DNA of 64,000 nt from Selaginella moellendorffii. Its lineage: Eukaryota > Plantae > Lycopodiophyta. Positions 27,481-40,186 of the stretch are shown here, in pieces. Position 1 is the stretch's first letter. Every line of letters starts with the position of its first letter. The stretch spans positions 2,737,710 to 2,801,709 of the forward strand of contig NW_003314264.1 in NCBI RefSeq assembly GCF_000143415.4. The letters run 5' to 3'. The notes under the pieces were generated by a model. That model searched no databases and was not told the origin of the DNA. It saw only the letters and a list, made by a program, of their open reading frames with translations. Both the position numbers and the translations under genes were made by a program.

Positions 27481-29102
27481 ATGGGTAAGCTTCCATTTCT
27501 CCCTTTTTTGCGTGAAATATCTGGCGATCTCTTCTCTCCCAGGCGCCGGGATCTTCATCGGCCTCGCGGCTACTGTCTTTTCGATCTGGCTGCTCATGGT
27601 CGCGACCCTGGCGACCCTGGAGATGCTTCGATCCCACCGTGCCGAGGCTCCCACAGCCGCATTCGCCGAGAATGGCGACGACAGGTCCCTGCCGCCGATC
27701 CTTCTCCACAGGCCGAGGCATATCTTGGCGTCCGCTCGAAGATCGCCTCGAAAGTCCCCACCTTTCGTGTCTTCCTCGGCGATTATGGTGAATGAGACGA
27801 GCTCTATCGCGACGCCCCCTTTCACTTCTCCGCTTGTGCCGGGCTTCTTCGTCTATGGCGACTCCACTGTGGACGTGGGGAACAACAATTATCTCCAGAC
27901 CATCGCCAGGGCCAACCTTGCTCCATACGGGAGAGATTTCGACACTCACCTCCCCACTGGGAGATTTTCGAATGGCCGTTTGAGCGTCGACTATCTAGGT
28001 ACTGATGATATATCTTATACAAAGTTTGAGAAAGCTAATTCTTCTTGTGTGTGTTTTTTTTTCCTCTCAGCCTTGTTTCTGGGACTTCCATTTATTCCTC
28101 CGCTTTTGAGTAGGAACTTCACATCTCAGATGCAGGGAGTGAATTTTGCTTCTGCTGGTGCGGGCATTCTCAATCCAAGTGGATCGGACCTTGTAATTTT
28201 TCTCGTTGCTTTTGTTTGCTAGATTACAAGGAAGTATTTATCTGTGTGATTGATTTCTTGGATGATCAGGGCCAACACATTCCTATGGCAGAGCAGGTGG
28301 AGCACATCGTCGAAATACAGCAAAGGCTTGCTTCCAAAATCGGTGAGGACGCTGCCAACGCTGTCATTTCCAACTCGATTCACTACATCTCAATCGGCAG
28401 CAACGACTTCATCCATTACTACCTAAGGAACGTCTCGGACGTCCAGAATAAGATGACCAACTTCGAGTTCAACCAGCTGCTGATATCCTCTCTAGTTGGA
28501 CACATCGAGGTAGGATGAAACTGTATTTTCGTTTTTCAACAAATTTCTTTCTTCAGGACATGTATGCCCGAGGCATTCGAAAGGTTGTGACGATCGGACT
28601 CGGGCCTCTCGGCTGCGTTCCCTTCTACCTCTATACCTTCAACCAGACGGGCGCTGGCTGCGTCGACAGCATCAACTTCATGATCGCCGAGTTCAACAAC
28701 GCGTTGAGGGTCACGGCTCAGAGCCTCGCAATGAAGCACAGGAACCTCAGGATCATCTACTGCGACGTTTTCCAGAGCCTCATGCCTATCGTCCGAACTC
28801 CACTCCAATATGGTACGTACGCACAGGTAGTTTTATTCCACTGTTAGAACTGAGAGAGCTAAGTTTCTTCAAATTCATCCACAGGATTCGTCACGTCTCG
28901 AAGCGCCTGCTGCGGTGCTGGGAGATTCGGCGGCTGGATGATGTGCATGTTCCCGCAGATGGCTTGCAGCAACGCGAGCTCCTATCTCTGGTGGGACGAG
29001 TTCCATCCTACTGACAAAGCGAACTTTCTCCTTGCCAGGGATATATGGTCGGGAAACGTGTGCGAGCCTGGCGGCCTTCAAGATCTCGCCAAGGCATCCT
29101 GA
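27481..29102 (+). CDS. GDSL/SGNH esterase-lipase with extended N-terminus
   Basis: YGDSTVDVGNNN, PTGRFSNGR, GVNFASAG, IGSNDF, GPLGCVP, WWDEFHPT. The start is inferred from ATGG|gtaagc...cccag splicing. Confidence 0.9.
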
Positions 29103-29429
29103 GCAACTCGCTCGAGAGAGCTTCGTTTTGGTCTTCCGCGCCAAAGGCGGGGTTGAAGGGCTTGATGTCCACCGAGAGGACTCAAGTAGTCTTGGAACTC
29201 ATCACGCCGCTTGTCCTGGAGCTCCTACTTTTGCAGAGCTCCGTGATCTCGAGTATACATTTTTGTTGTATGGAGAAAACTTTAAACTTCGCGATATCGT
29301 AGTATCATCGTGTTCCTCCTGGTAAAGCTAGCACAGGCTGTAAAGAGTTTCAAGCAACGGCCAAAGGATAGCGATTGGTTAATTAGAACGTTGGATGAAG
29401 TGATTTGGAACTTCAAACCTTTGGTGGCA

Positions 29430-30032
29430 GACCATCAACCTTGTTCGTCGGGACGAACAGAAGGAAGAGCTCAAGACCATTGGCGCTGACGAGGTCATCA
29501 ATCTCAAGGACGAAGGCATTGTGAAGCAAGTGAGTGAAATCACGTGGTAAATTGGCCTACGCCACCATCGACGCTGTTGGAGGTGAAGTAACCAAAGTAA
29601 GTTCTTGTCCTCGTGAAGCAGCGTTTTGATTTGCAAAGTTTTGCTCAAAAGGTGGTGTGCTCTACTGTGAGACTCAGAGGAACAGTGGTGCTCTCTTACG
29701 GTGCGCTCGATGGCAAAATGGACGCTCACACCGATGTGCGCGACCTTATCAATCGACAAGTCAAGCTACATGGGTTCCATCTGTCAAGGTGGGTTGACAC
29801 ATTCGATGCTCCCAGCGTTCGCAAGATCGCCGATACCATCTTCGAGCTCATGGCCAAGGGAGTTATGGTTCCCCTTGTTGGGGAGAAGTTCCCTCTCCAG
29901 AGAGCAAAAGAAGCGATTCGTAAAAGCCTGGTAGGTGTTCTTATTCGTAATCTTATTGCTTTCAACTGTTTGAGGTTTTCTGGCGATGCAGTCTACTGCT
30001 CGAGGTGGGAAAGTTTTGTTGGTCAGCTCTTA
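29430..30032 (+). pseudogene. ETR-like reductase B1, 5' half deleted
   Basis: Only the last three exons are present; the segment equivalent to about 33308-33993 is missing. A 1-nt deletion gives a stop at about 29548. Confidence 0.85.
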
Positions 30033-30396
30033 GACGAGCCACACGGACTTTCTTGCTAAAGTTCTCAATGAAAAGTTCTCGTGAATCTTGAGAGTTCGAT
30101 AGAGGTGAAACCCATGGAATCGAGAGGATGTCCAGAGCGAGTTTTCTCTCTCATGGTAAGTTCGAGCTCCTCTCGGTCATCACTCCCGAGCGAAACTATT
30201 CCAACGAGCTTTGCTGGATTCATAAGCTGGGCTGAGAGAGGATTTAAGCGCAGTCCCACAAAGAACCTGTAACTGACGTGGTCTATGCAAGCTTTTTTGT
30301 TTTCTTCCTCGTCTTTTCTCAGCTTGAGTTGGACACCAGGGCTCATTTGGTTCTAATAGTTGTTCTACTTTTTGCTTTGGTTTGTAATCCTCATCC

Positions 30397-31710
30397 ATGG
30401 CGCAGCAGCAGCAGCACAAGGCCATCCAAGTGGAATGTTTCAGCTCTGGCGATCCCGCGGCGGGATGCAAGGTGGCGATGGTGAGCACGCCCAAGCCAGG
30501 CGCCGGCCAAGTGCTGCTCAAAATCCTGTGTCGCCCAATCAATCCCTCGGACATCCTGTGCATCCAAGGCATGTACGCTGACGGCCCCAAGAATTTCCCA
30601 TTCGTTCCTGGGCTCGAGGGAATGGGAGTGATTGAAGAGGTACTTTTCTCTCCAATTCTTTCGTGTTCTATCAAAATCTTCCATAGCTCGGGGATGGAGT
30701 CACCGGATTCTCGTCGGGGCAGAGAGTGTTTCATATTTTCAAGGAGGCGGGATCTTGGCAAGAGTACGCTGTTGCTTCGGCCAGCGAGATAATTCCCATT
30801 CCCGACACCATCTCTAACGAGGTTGCCGCGCAGTTTTTTGTCAATCCTTGGACAGGTTTGCTTGTCTTTTTTCTATATATTCTTTCTAATTGTTTTCTAT
30901 GGATTGACAGTGTTTGGAATGCTGGAAACTCTCGACGTTCCAAAGGGAGAGTATGTGCTCCAAACAGCTGCTGGATCCGTGCTGGGGAGGATGTTCATCC
31001 AGCTCGCGCGGCATCGAGGAGTGAAGGTATGGCTGCATAGTTTCTCTGCCGATCGATTTCAGCGTTTCTTTCCTTTTGTGTGTGTAGACCATCAATCTTG
31101 TTCGTCGAGACGAGCAGAAGGAAGAGCTCAAGGCCATTGGAGGCGACGAAGTCATAAACTTCAAGACCGAGGATGTTGTGGAGGAAGTGAAGAAGATCAC
31201 GGGCGGTAAATTGGTATACGGGGCAATCGATGCTGTTGGAGGCGCACTGACCAAAGTAAGCTCTTCCTCTAGTTTCGTCTTGGTCTATCGCTCTTGCTTA
31301 GAACTTTGTTGGGATCTCCAGGTGGTGTGTTCCAGCGTGAGAAACCAAGGAACGATCCTTTGCTACGGTGTTCTTGACGAGAAACCAGAAGCTCAAGTGG
31401 ATGTTATCGACCTCATCTTTCGGCAAGTTAAGGTGCATGGATTTCACGTCGTCAAATGGGTGGAATCGTTTGGCGGCCCCGACGAGTTTGGCAAAATTGC
31501 TGCCACAATCTTTGAGTTGATCGCCAAGGGAGTCATGGCTCCTCTTGTTGGGGAGAAGTTCCCACTCGACAGCACCCCGGAAGCAATACGTAAAAGCCTG
31601 GTCAGTCTTCATACATCTCTCTCCAAAGACTTTACCTCTTACCCGATTGATTTTTGTGGTTTGTGCAGTCAATAGGCCGAGGTGGGAAAGTTTTGCTGGT
31701 GAATGTGTGA
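30397..31710 (+). CDS. ETR-like MDR reductase C1
   Basis: RPINPSDILCIQGMY, VPGLEG, GSWQEY, VNPWT, VLQTAAGSVLGRM, DAVGG, RGGKVLL. Six exons; stop 31708-31710. Confidence 0.88.
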
Positions 31711-32225
31711 TTAGAATATTCTAGCATAAATGGGAATATAATGTTTGGTTAACAAATCAAGAATCTGTAATTTTTGGTTTGCTTAAGCAAATTTGTAGGG
31801 ATGATAGTGAATATATTTAGAATATATTTAAATATTCTAGAATATTTTATCATTTAACGGTTGTTATTCATTTAAATTAATTTTGTATTTATAATTTATA
31901 AACATATTTATAATTTATAAATTTTATTAAACCCTTTCTAGTATATTCTTTTTTATTCTATCATCTAATTGTTGATATGCAATAAGATTAATCTTGTATT
32001 TATAAATTATGAACATGCTTATAATTATAAATTTTATTTGATCAATTGGATTAATAAGTATAATAAAACTACTATTAAGCATACAACGCGTAGCAATTTA
32101 TTTGATATTGATTGAGATTCATGTGTAGGAGTTTACAAACTAAATTTGAATGTACTCCTCGTTAGATTGAGGACTATCAAAATATCCACTACAACAAAGA
32201 ACTTGCATTGTCCGACATAGATATG

Positions 32226-32640
32226 GACTCTCCAAAGTAAGCTCTCCCTCTAGTTTCTTTATTCTTTTGTATTTTCTACCTCTCTTGCTTCTAGGTTCTG
32301 GTATTCAGCGTGCGTGAGAAACCAAGTACAATCCATAAATGAAAGTTAGAAGAGAGCTTTCGATGGTCTTGACGAGAAACCAGGAGCTCATCTTCGGCAA
32401 GTCGGAGTTTACGTTGTCAAATCGGTCAGCGGTCCCGGTGATGTCCGCAAAACCGTTGCCGTATTCTTTGAGTTGCTAGCCCCCACTCGACAGTACAAAC
32501 GTCAAAGCCGGGTCAGTCTTCACACATTCGCTTGCTCTCCTCTCTTCTCCTTCCAGACTTTGCTTCTCACTGGTGTGATTTTCGATATCAGTCGATAGGC
32601 CGAGTTAAAAAAGTTTTGTTGGTTGAGTGTCAAATAGTTC
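32226..32640 (+). pseudogene. Degenerate 3' fragment of a C-type reductase
   Basis: Recognisable pieces of the last exons (ccaaagtaagctc, cttgacgagaaaccag, ggtcagtcttcac, aaagttttgttggt) with many deletions. Confidence 0.7.
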
Positions 32641-33350
32641 GTCCAAGATCAGGAAATCTATTCTCTAAGCGTGTTATAGTTCGTCCAAGAACAGGAAATA
32701 TATGTCGTCTCCTACTGAAACTCGTGAACTCCGGGACTCATGTACAGAGATTTAGATACTCTCGTCATCTTTTCCGTCGCACTCCCGCGCTAACACCCGA
32801 GAGCTGCTTGAGATTGGTGAGGGCGTCCTGCGCGAGCGCCTTGGTCGTGGCGCTCCCAAACTTGAAGGCCTCCACCAGCGCCTTGAAGAGCTTGGTGTCC
32901 ACTGACAAGGACTATCTATGGTGGGACGAGTTCCATCCTACTGACAAAGCGAACTTTCTCCTTGCCAGGGATATATGGTCGGGAAACGTGTGCGAGCCTG
33001 GCGGCCTTCAAGATCTCGCCAAGGCATCCTGAGCAACTTGCTTGTGAGAGCTTCGTTTTGGTCTTGCGCGCCAAAGGCGGGGTTGAAGGTGATGTCCACC
33101 GAGAGGACTCAAATAGTCTTGGAACTCATCACGGCGCTTGTCCTGGAGCTCCTACTTCTGCAGAGTTCCGTGATCTCGAGTATACATTTTGTTGTATGGA
33201 GAAAACTTCGCGATATCGTAGTATCATCGTGTTCCTCCTTGTAAAGCTAGCACAGGCTGTAAAGAGTTTCAAGCAACGGCCAAAGGATAATTAGAACGTT
33301 GGATGAAAGAAAGACCAAATTAAAAGCTTGCCTTCACTTTGGGGTCGTCC

Positions 33351-34620
33351 ATGGCGGAGCACAGGGCGATTCACGTCGCCGCATTCAGCGATGGCGATCC
33401 GGCGGTAGCATGCAAAGTGGTGATGGCTCCCACTCCAGTGCCAGGACGCGGTCAGGTGCTGCTCAAAGTGCTGTGCCGCCCGGTGAATCCCTCGGACGTC
33501 TTGTGCATCCAAGGGAGGTACTCCGGCGTTCAGTTTCCCTTCGTTCCCGGGCTTGAAGGGATGGGAGAAATCCGAGAGGTAATTTAAGCTCGTGACTAGC
33601 TAGGAGATCGCCCAGTGCTCAACTCTGTAAGTTTGCAGCTTGGGGACGGAGTGACCGGTTTTTCAAGGGGGCAGCGAGTGTTCCATATCTTTCCAGGCGC
33701 AGGATCATGGCAAGAGTATGCTCTCGTCCCGGCTGCAGACGTCATTCCCATTCCGGACGTGATTGCAAACGAGATCGCCGCTCAGTTTTACGTGAATCCT
33801 TGGTCAGGTCGTGCTTGGATCTGCCGTTTTCTCTTGATTTTCTGGTTTCTCCCGCAGCGTTTGGAATGCTGGAAGTTCTTGGCGCCCCGGAGGGAGAATA
33901 CGTGCTGCAAACAGCTGCTGGATCAGTGCTGGGAAGGATGTTTATCCAGCTAGCGCATCATCGAGGAGTCAAGGTATTACATTTGTAGTTCAGTGATTTG
34001 GAACTTCAAACCTTTGGTGGCAGACCATCAACCTTGTTCGTCGGGACGAACAGAAGGAAGAGCTCAAGGCCATTGGCGCTGACCAGGTCATCAATCTCAA
34101 GGACGAAGGCATTGTGAAGCAAGTGAGTGAAATCACGGGTGGTAAAATGGCCTACGCCACCATCGACGCTGTTGGAGGTGAAGTAACCAAAGTAAGTTCT
34201 TGTCCTCGTGAAGCAGCGTTTTGATTTGCAAAGGTTTTGCTCAAAAGGTGGTGTGCTCGAGTGTGAGACTCAGAGGAACAGTGCTCTCTTACGGTGCGCT
34301 CGATGGCAAAATGGACGCTCACACCGATGTGCGCGACCTTACCAATCGACAAGTCAAGCTACATGGGTTCCATCTGTCAAAGGTGGGTTGACACATTCGA
34401 TGCTCCCGGCGTTCGCAAGATCGCCGATACCATCTTCGAGCTCATGGCCAAGGGAGTTATGGTTCCCCTTGTTGGGGAGAAGTTCCCTCTCGAGAGAGCA
34501 AAAGAAGCGATTCGTAAAAGCCTGGTAGGTGTTCTTATTCGTAATCTTATTGCTTTCAACCGAGGTTTTTCGGCGATGCAGTCTACTGCTCGAGGCGGGA
34601 AAGTTTTGTTGGTCAGCTGA
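33351..34620 (+). pseudogene. ETR-like reductase B2, full length but frameshifted
   Basis: All six exons are present. An extra A at about 34380 (ctgtcaaaggtggg versus ctgtcaaggtggg in B1) causes a premature TGA; this could be a sequencing error. Confidence 0.7.
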
Positions 34621-34876
34621 TGAGCATGAATCTTGAGAGTTCGATAGAGGTGAAACCCATGGAATCGACAGAGTAGCTGAGCGAAACTATTCCACCGAGC
34701 TTGACAGCATAAGCTGCGGTAGGATTTAAGCGCAGTCCCACAAAGAACCTGTAACTGACGTGGTCAGCTCTTTTGTTTTTCCCCCTTAATCGTCTTTGAG
34801 TTGAACACGACACTAGCAAGGTGGGCTCTATAAATGTTCTACTTTTTGCTTTGAAAGCAGTTTGTAATCCATTTCC

Positions 34877-36191
34877 ATGACGCAGCAGCAGCAGAAGCAC
34901 AAGGCCATCCAAGTGGAATGTTTCAGCAATGACGATCCCGCGGCGGGATGCAAGGTGGCGATGGTGAGCACGCCCAAGCCAGGCGCCGGCCAAGTGCTGC
35001 TCAAAATCCTGTGTCGCCCAATCCATCCCTCCGACATCCTGCGCATCCAAGGCATGTACGGTGACAACCCCAAGAAGTTCCCATTCGTTCCTGGGCTCGA
35101 GGGAATGGGAGTGATTGAAGAGGTACTTTTCTCTCCAATTCTTTCGTGTTCTCTCAAAATCTTTCCATAGCTCGGGGATGGAGTCACCGGGTTCTCGCCG
35201 GGGCAGAGAGTGTTTCATATTTTCAAGGAGGTGGGATCTTGGCAAGAGTACGCTGTTGCTTCGGCCAGCGAGATAATTCCCATTCCCGACACCATCTCTA
35301 ACGAGGTTGCCGCGCAGTTTTTTATCAATCCTTGGACAGGTTTGCTTGTCTTTTTTCTATATATTCTTTATACTTGCTTGCTCTGGATTGACAGTGTATG
35401 GAATGCTGGAAACTCTCGACGTTCCAAAGGGAGAGTATGTGCTCCAAACAGCTGCTGGATCCGTGCTGGGGAGGATGTTCATCCAGCTCGCGCGGCATCG
35501 AGGAGTGAAGGTATGGCTGCATAGTTTCTCTGCCGATCGATTTCAGCGTTTCTTTCCTTTTGTGTGTGTAGACCATCAATCTTGTTCGTCGAGACGAGCA
35601 GAAGGAAGAGCTCAAGGCCATTGGAGGCGACGAAGTCATAAACTTCAAGACCGAGGATGTTGTGGACGAAGTGAAGAAGATTACGGGCGGTAAATTGGTA
35701 TACGGGGCAGTCGATGCTGTTGGAGGCGCACTGACCAAAGTAAGCTCTTCCTCTAGTTTCTTTTCTCTATCCCTCTTGCTTAGAACTTTGTTGGGATCTC
35801 CAGGTGGTGTGTTCCAGCGTGAGAAACCAAGGAACGATCCTTTGCTACGGTGTTCTTGACGAGAAACCAGAAGCTCAAGTGGGTGTTAGCGACCTCGTCT
35901 TTCGGCAAGTTACGGTGCGTGGATTTCACGTCGCCAAATGGGTGGAATCGTTTGGCAGCCCCGACGAGTTTCGCGAAATTGCTGCCACAATCTTTGAGTT
36001 GATCGCGAAGGGAGTCATAGCTCCTCTTGTTGGGGAGAAGTTCCCACTCGACAGCACCCCGGAAGCAATACATAAAAGCCTGGTCAGTCTTCACACATCT
36101 GTCTCCAAAGACTTTACCTCTCACTCGATTTTTGTGGTTTGTGCAGTCGATAAGCCGAGGTGGGAAAGTTTTGCTGGTGAGTGTCAAATAG
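34877..36191 (+). CDS. ETR-like MDR reductase C2
   Basis: Paralog of C1 with an open frame. NPSD is changed to HPSD; TATAAA at 34829; stop TAG 36189-36191. Confidence 0.85.
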
Positions 36192-36343
36192 TAGAACTAC
36201 GGGTTGTGTGATTAGAATATTCTAGCATAAAGGGGAAAATGAATATGATGTTAGGTCAACAAATCAAGAATCTAAACCATGAGAACCAGTTAGATTGAGG
36301 AATATCACTTGAATATTCTGAGAATATCCACTACGGCAACTCG

Positions 36344-39300
36344 TCATTTTTTTCGTCGCACTCCCGCGCTAACACCCGAGAGCTGCTTGAGATTGGTGAG
36401 GGCGTCCTGCGCGAGCGCCTTGGTCGTGGCGCTCCCAAACTTGAAGGCCTCCACCAGCGCCTTGAAGAGCTTGGTGTCCACCGACAAGGACTTGGCCAAG
36501 TCGTCCACCCGGACAATCCTCTCCACCACCCACGCCGTCCTGTCCTGGAGCTCCCCCTTTTGCAGCCCGTAGAAGAGCTCCAAGATCTTTTGGAGGCCCT
36601 CCACTCTGCCCAGCTCCTCCACCGCCCCTCGGAGGTTGCTCGAGTCCGCCAGCAGCGTCGAGAGCGCCTCCATCGCTGCGAGCTGGACACCTTGGTCCTC
36701 CTCTTCGAGCAGCTCCAGCACCGGAACTATCGCTCTGGCCTCCACCATGCACACCGAGTCGGCTGGATCGCACACTCCCGGATGGATCGAGCAGGAGAGC
36801 TTGCCCGGCCGGGAGCGAAAGCAGAAACACGTCGTGGGTGGAAGCTCCGGCTTTCTGCACAAGCTTGCGGCCATGTTCGACAGGCACTTGATTCCCATCG
36901 CGGCCCTGTGCTTGATCACAAACTCGCCTTGCCGGTCCAGCTCGTTTACCAGGAGCGTCATCACGTCGTGCTGCCTCAGCGTCGACGGCGGGGAGAGCGC
37001 ATTGGAGCGGAGGAAATGGAGGAGGATTCCCAGCAGGCCTTCGATCGTCTCGGACAAAAGCCGCGTGTGTGACCGCCCGCGCTTGCTGTCCTTTAAGCCG
37101 GCTAAGGTAGTGAGTGTCCATTCCAGGAGCTCGGGGTCTAAGTGTTGGGACACTTCTTTCTCTGTCATCGGGATGGCGCCGAGCACAAACGCAGCCGCCG
37201 CTCGCTCTTCGGTGTTTGTGGATCTTAAGAGAGCTTGTAGCCTCGCCGCCATTTCTGTCCCGTGGAACTCTCGGACTATGTCCGGCCCCAAGCGAGGAGC
37301 GATGACTGCTAATAGTCTTAACGCGTGTAACCGGTGACTGTCCACGGAAGTTTCCGATAGAAGAACAGCGCAAATTCTTACTCCATGCCCGCTTCGTATG
37401 TGCTCGCAAGCCTCCTCTGCACAAAGAAACATTTTACCTTGAGAGAACTGAAAAATGAGAACTTACCTCCAGCATCAGGAGACGAAGCCATTCCCGTAAG
37501 TATTTGCAACAGCGTGTGCTTCCAGTCCGGCCTGGCGTGAGCCATGAGGCCCAAGAGATTGTGTACCACAAACTCGGAATGCAGTGGTGTCCCCTCGGCA
37601 TCGATGCTTGCGTTCTCCCAGCTCCCGCGGGACGACACAAGCTTGCTCACCACCTCCGCCGCGCACTCTTTGAGCTTGAGTGCCCGATTGTTGACGGACG
37701 AGTGTATGCTAAACATGATGTCTAGCAGCGGTGGAAGTATCCCGGCCTCAATCAGCAAGCTTTTGTTGTCGGCCAGTGACGAAAGCATGAGGAAAACACC
37801 CAGGCTTGCCTCTTTTGCTTCCAGTGTGCCGGGTAGCATTGCAATGAGGCTCCGTGTCGCAGACTGCGCAACAAGCTTAACTTGGCTCTTTACCAGGTGT
37901 CTCTTTGCGAGATAACTTGCCATCTTGATCCGAGTTTCTTGGGGTCCTGTTGGTTGATCAAAAGATCAGTACAGCACAAAGCATAGCCACTACGTTTCTT
38001 TACCTTCGCAAAGACGTGCAAGCAAGGGTTGAATTCTTCCTGCCTCGGCCATTTCCAGAACGTTTGACTCTACTTGCTCCAAGTTCCGTAAAGTTTTCTC
38101 GGCCAACTGAGAGAGGTCTTGGTCCTTGCTAGCGAGAAGGCCGGCCAGGTGAATTACGGCTCCTTTCTCTGTGCCTAGAACCTCACAAACCTCTAGGCTG
38201 CTGGTTGAGAGATGGTATAGTAACCGAGCAGCATTTGCTTTCTCTTCGTCTTCCTTGCTGCCAAGGCTTCGCACGCTGAATCTTAAGAAGCCTTCCTTCA
38301 CGATGATGTGCTGTGACAAAGATAGCAGAAGAGAGCCTAAGTTACTTTCAAACAGAAAAATTTTTGCGAATCGAACATACCTGATTGTCGGCGTCGTCTA
38401 CAGCCATCCTGTCGAGAACTTCGAGCGCTTTCGAGCGGAAATAAGCAGCACCTTCCAAGCTCCAGATCTTTGCAATCTTGGGGATGAGGTTAGCACTCTT
38501 GATCTTCCACTTGTTCATCGGGTTCTCGTTGAAAAGCCGGAGGATCTCGTCGAGAGCACCGTCCACGTCCTGCATGAGCTCCACAGCTGTGAGCCTGTCC
38601 ACCACGCTCTGCATTCGAGACGCTACATTCCTCTGGTACCACTCCTCGATGGTCTTTCGCAGCACAAGGTTGGAATGGAGCTCCGTGGTCGACAAGACGC
38701 GTCCACTGACCGGACAAGTCGGCTCCTTGTGCTGCTCCCGGCACGTCCGAAACCATTCCTCGATTGCATGCCGCTCGTAGGTGTGCTCCGACTCGAGCAC
38801 CACCGGGTCCTTCATGACTTGTTTCGTGAGCGGGCACTCGAAGGCATCGAACGATGGTATCGCCTCGTCATCAGTCTGTAGCAATGCCGAGTTCTCGCAA
38901 GCCAGAGTGCTCAAAAGTTCCTCCACCATGGTTTCCAGCTCGTCCTTGTCCTCGGTGCTGATATCCGCTTTGAAGTACCGGAGCTCTCGAGACAAGAGCT
39001 CCCTATCTCTTTCGAAGTTAATGCCCAGATCCTTGGAGAACTTCACGATGAGCGAGTCAACGTCGAGGTCTAGCAGCTTTCGCGTCTCATCCTCCTCCGG
39101 ATTTGGAACCTGGTAAAGAAAACTCTCTTTTCCCATTTTTTATTTTGAGTGAATCTTACCTCGTAAGTTGTTTGTTTCATTCTCGAGATGAGATTGTCGA
39201 GCTTCGATCTGGAATTTTCTGACAAGGAGCTGCTCGCGTCCTGGAGCTGGGCGAGCGAGTTTTCCAATCCACGCACGACCTCTTCCACCTCACGGTTGAG

Positions 39301-39576
39301 CACACGCAGCCAAACGATCATATACAGCCGCCGCTTACGCTTGTGCCTGCTAACCATGCCCTGCGCCTTCCTCACACTGTTCGTCAGCGCCGCGCAAGCC
39401 CTGGCAGCGCCCTCTCCCATCCTCAAATCCCCCAATTCCCGATCCAGCACCTCCTTGATCCCTTCCAGGAACGAAATAAGCTCCTTGATGCTCTCTTTCT
39501 TGGCGACCATCGCATTGGCATCCTGGATGACAGCGCTGAGCTCCTTGAGCAGTACGGCAACGCCCGGATTTGCCAT
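36344..39576 (-). CDS. U-box/ARM-repeat E3 ubiquitin ligase (PUB42/43/44-like)
   Basis: U-box FECPLTKQVMKDPVVLESEHTYERHAIEEWF...CPVSG; ARM repeats (MAEAGRIQPLL, CSIHPGVC, MVEARAIVP). Confidence 0.92.
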
Positions 39577-39769
39577 AGTCGCCCAATTGCAAGGCGCGCC
39601 TCCCCAAACCTAGTTGATAGGCCGCACGGCCGCGAGCCACATTCTCACCTGTTCTAACGCGATCGATCGATGCACCAGACGCGCAGCGCTTTGACCCAGC
39701 TCGACTCACGCGCATAAAGTCAACATAAATAATCAAATCTTTGTGTTTGACCTAAAAACTCATTTGCGA

Positions 39770-40186
39770 TGCCACAGAGAAACCAGCTTGTTTGTAACAT
39801 CAGCTTATCATCAGCGAGGTCTTCGGCCTGATGCCGGAGAAGAACGGTATCTCGTCGATGGCGTATGCCCCACAAGGGCATCTTGATGTAGCTACAAGCT
39901 ACTTTGCCGAAATGCCTTTAACCTGCTTGGCGTCTACGCACAAAGGGCAAAGAGGATCTTCGATCAGATGCCACCGTCTCCTGGAACTCGATGCTCTCTG
40001 CATATACCCAGAATGGGTATCTGAAAGAAGCCAACCGGACCTGGTTTCATGCAATTCGATTCTTTACATTTCCTCTCTCAACGATAGCCTGAATGACTCA
40101 GAGGGATCTCTTCTCTCACAATTCCATGCTCGCAGCCTACAAAGGATATCTGGAAGACTGTGAGTTTCTCTTTGGTAACATGCAGG
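39770..40186 (+). pseudogene. Deletion-riddled copy of the PPR gene at 43935
   Basis: Collinear fragments match 44140-44690 (gaaaccagcttg, ctgatgccggagaagaac, ttcgatcagatgcc, gggatctcttctctcacaattccatgctcgcagcct). Confidence 0.85.

Larger units (their letters stand above)
28983..36490. repeat. Tandem duplication: unit 28983-32910 and unit 32911-36490
   Basis: The GDSL 3' end recurs at 32911-33290 and the U-box 3' end recurs at 32765-32910; reductases B and C are both duplicated. Confidence 0.88.

Noticed and set aside
36369-37424. Long alternative-frame and antisense ORFs over the U-box gene (also over the GT47, P450 and PQQ genes)
   Set aside because: Shadow ORFs caused by GC-rich codon usage; no recognisable motifs.
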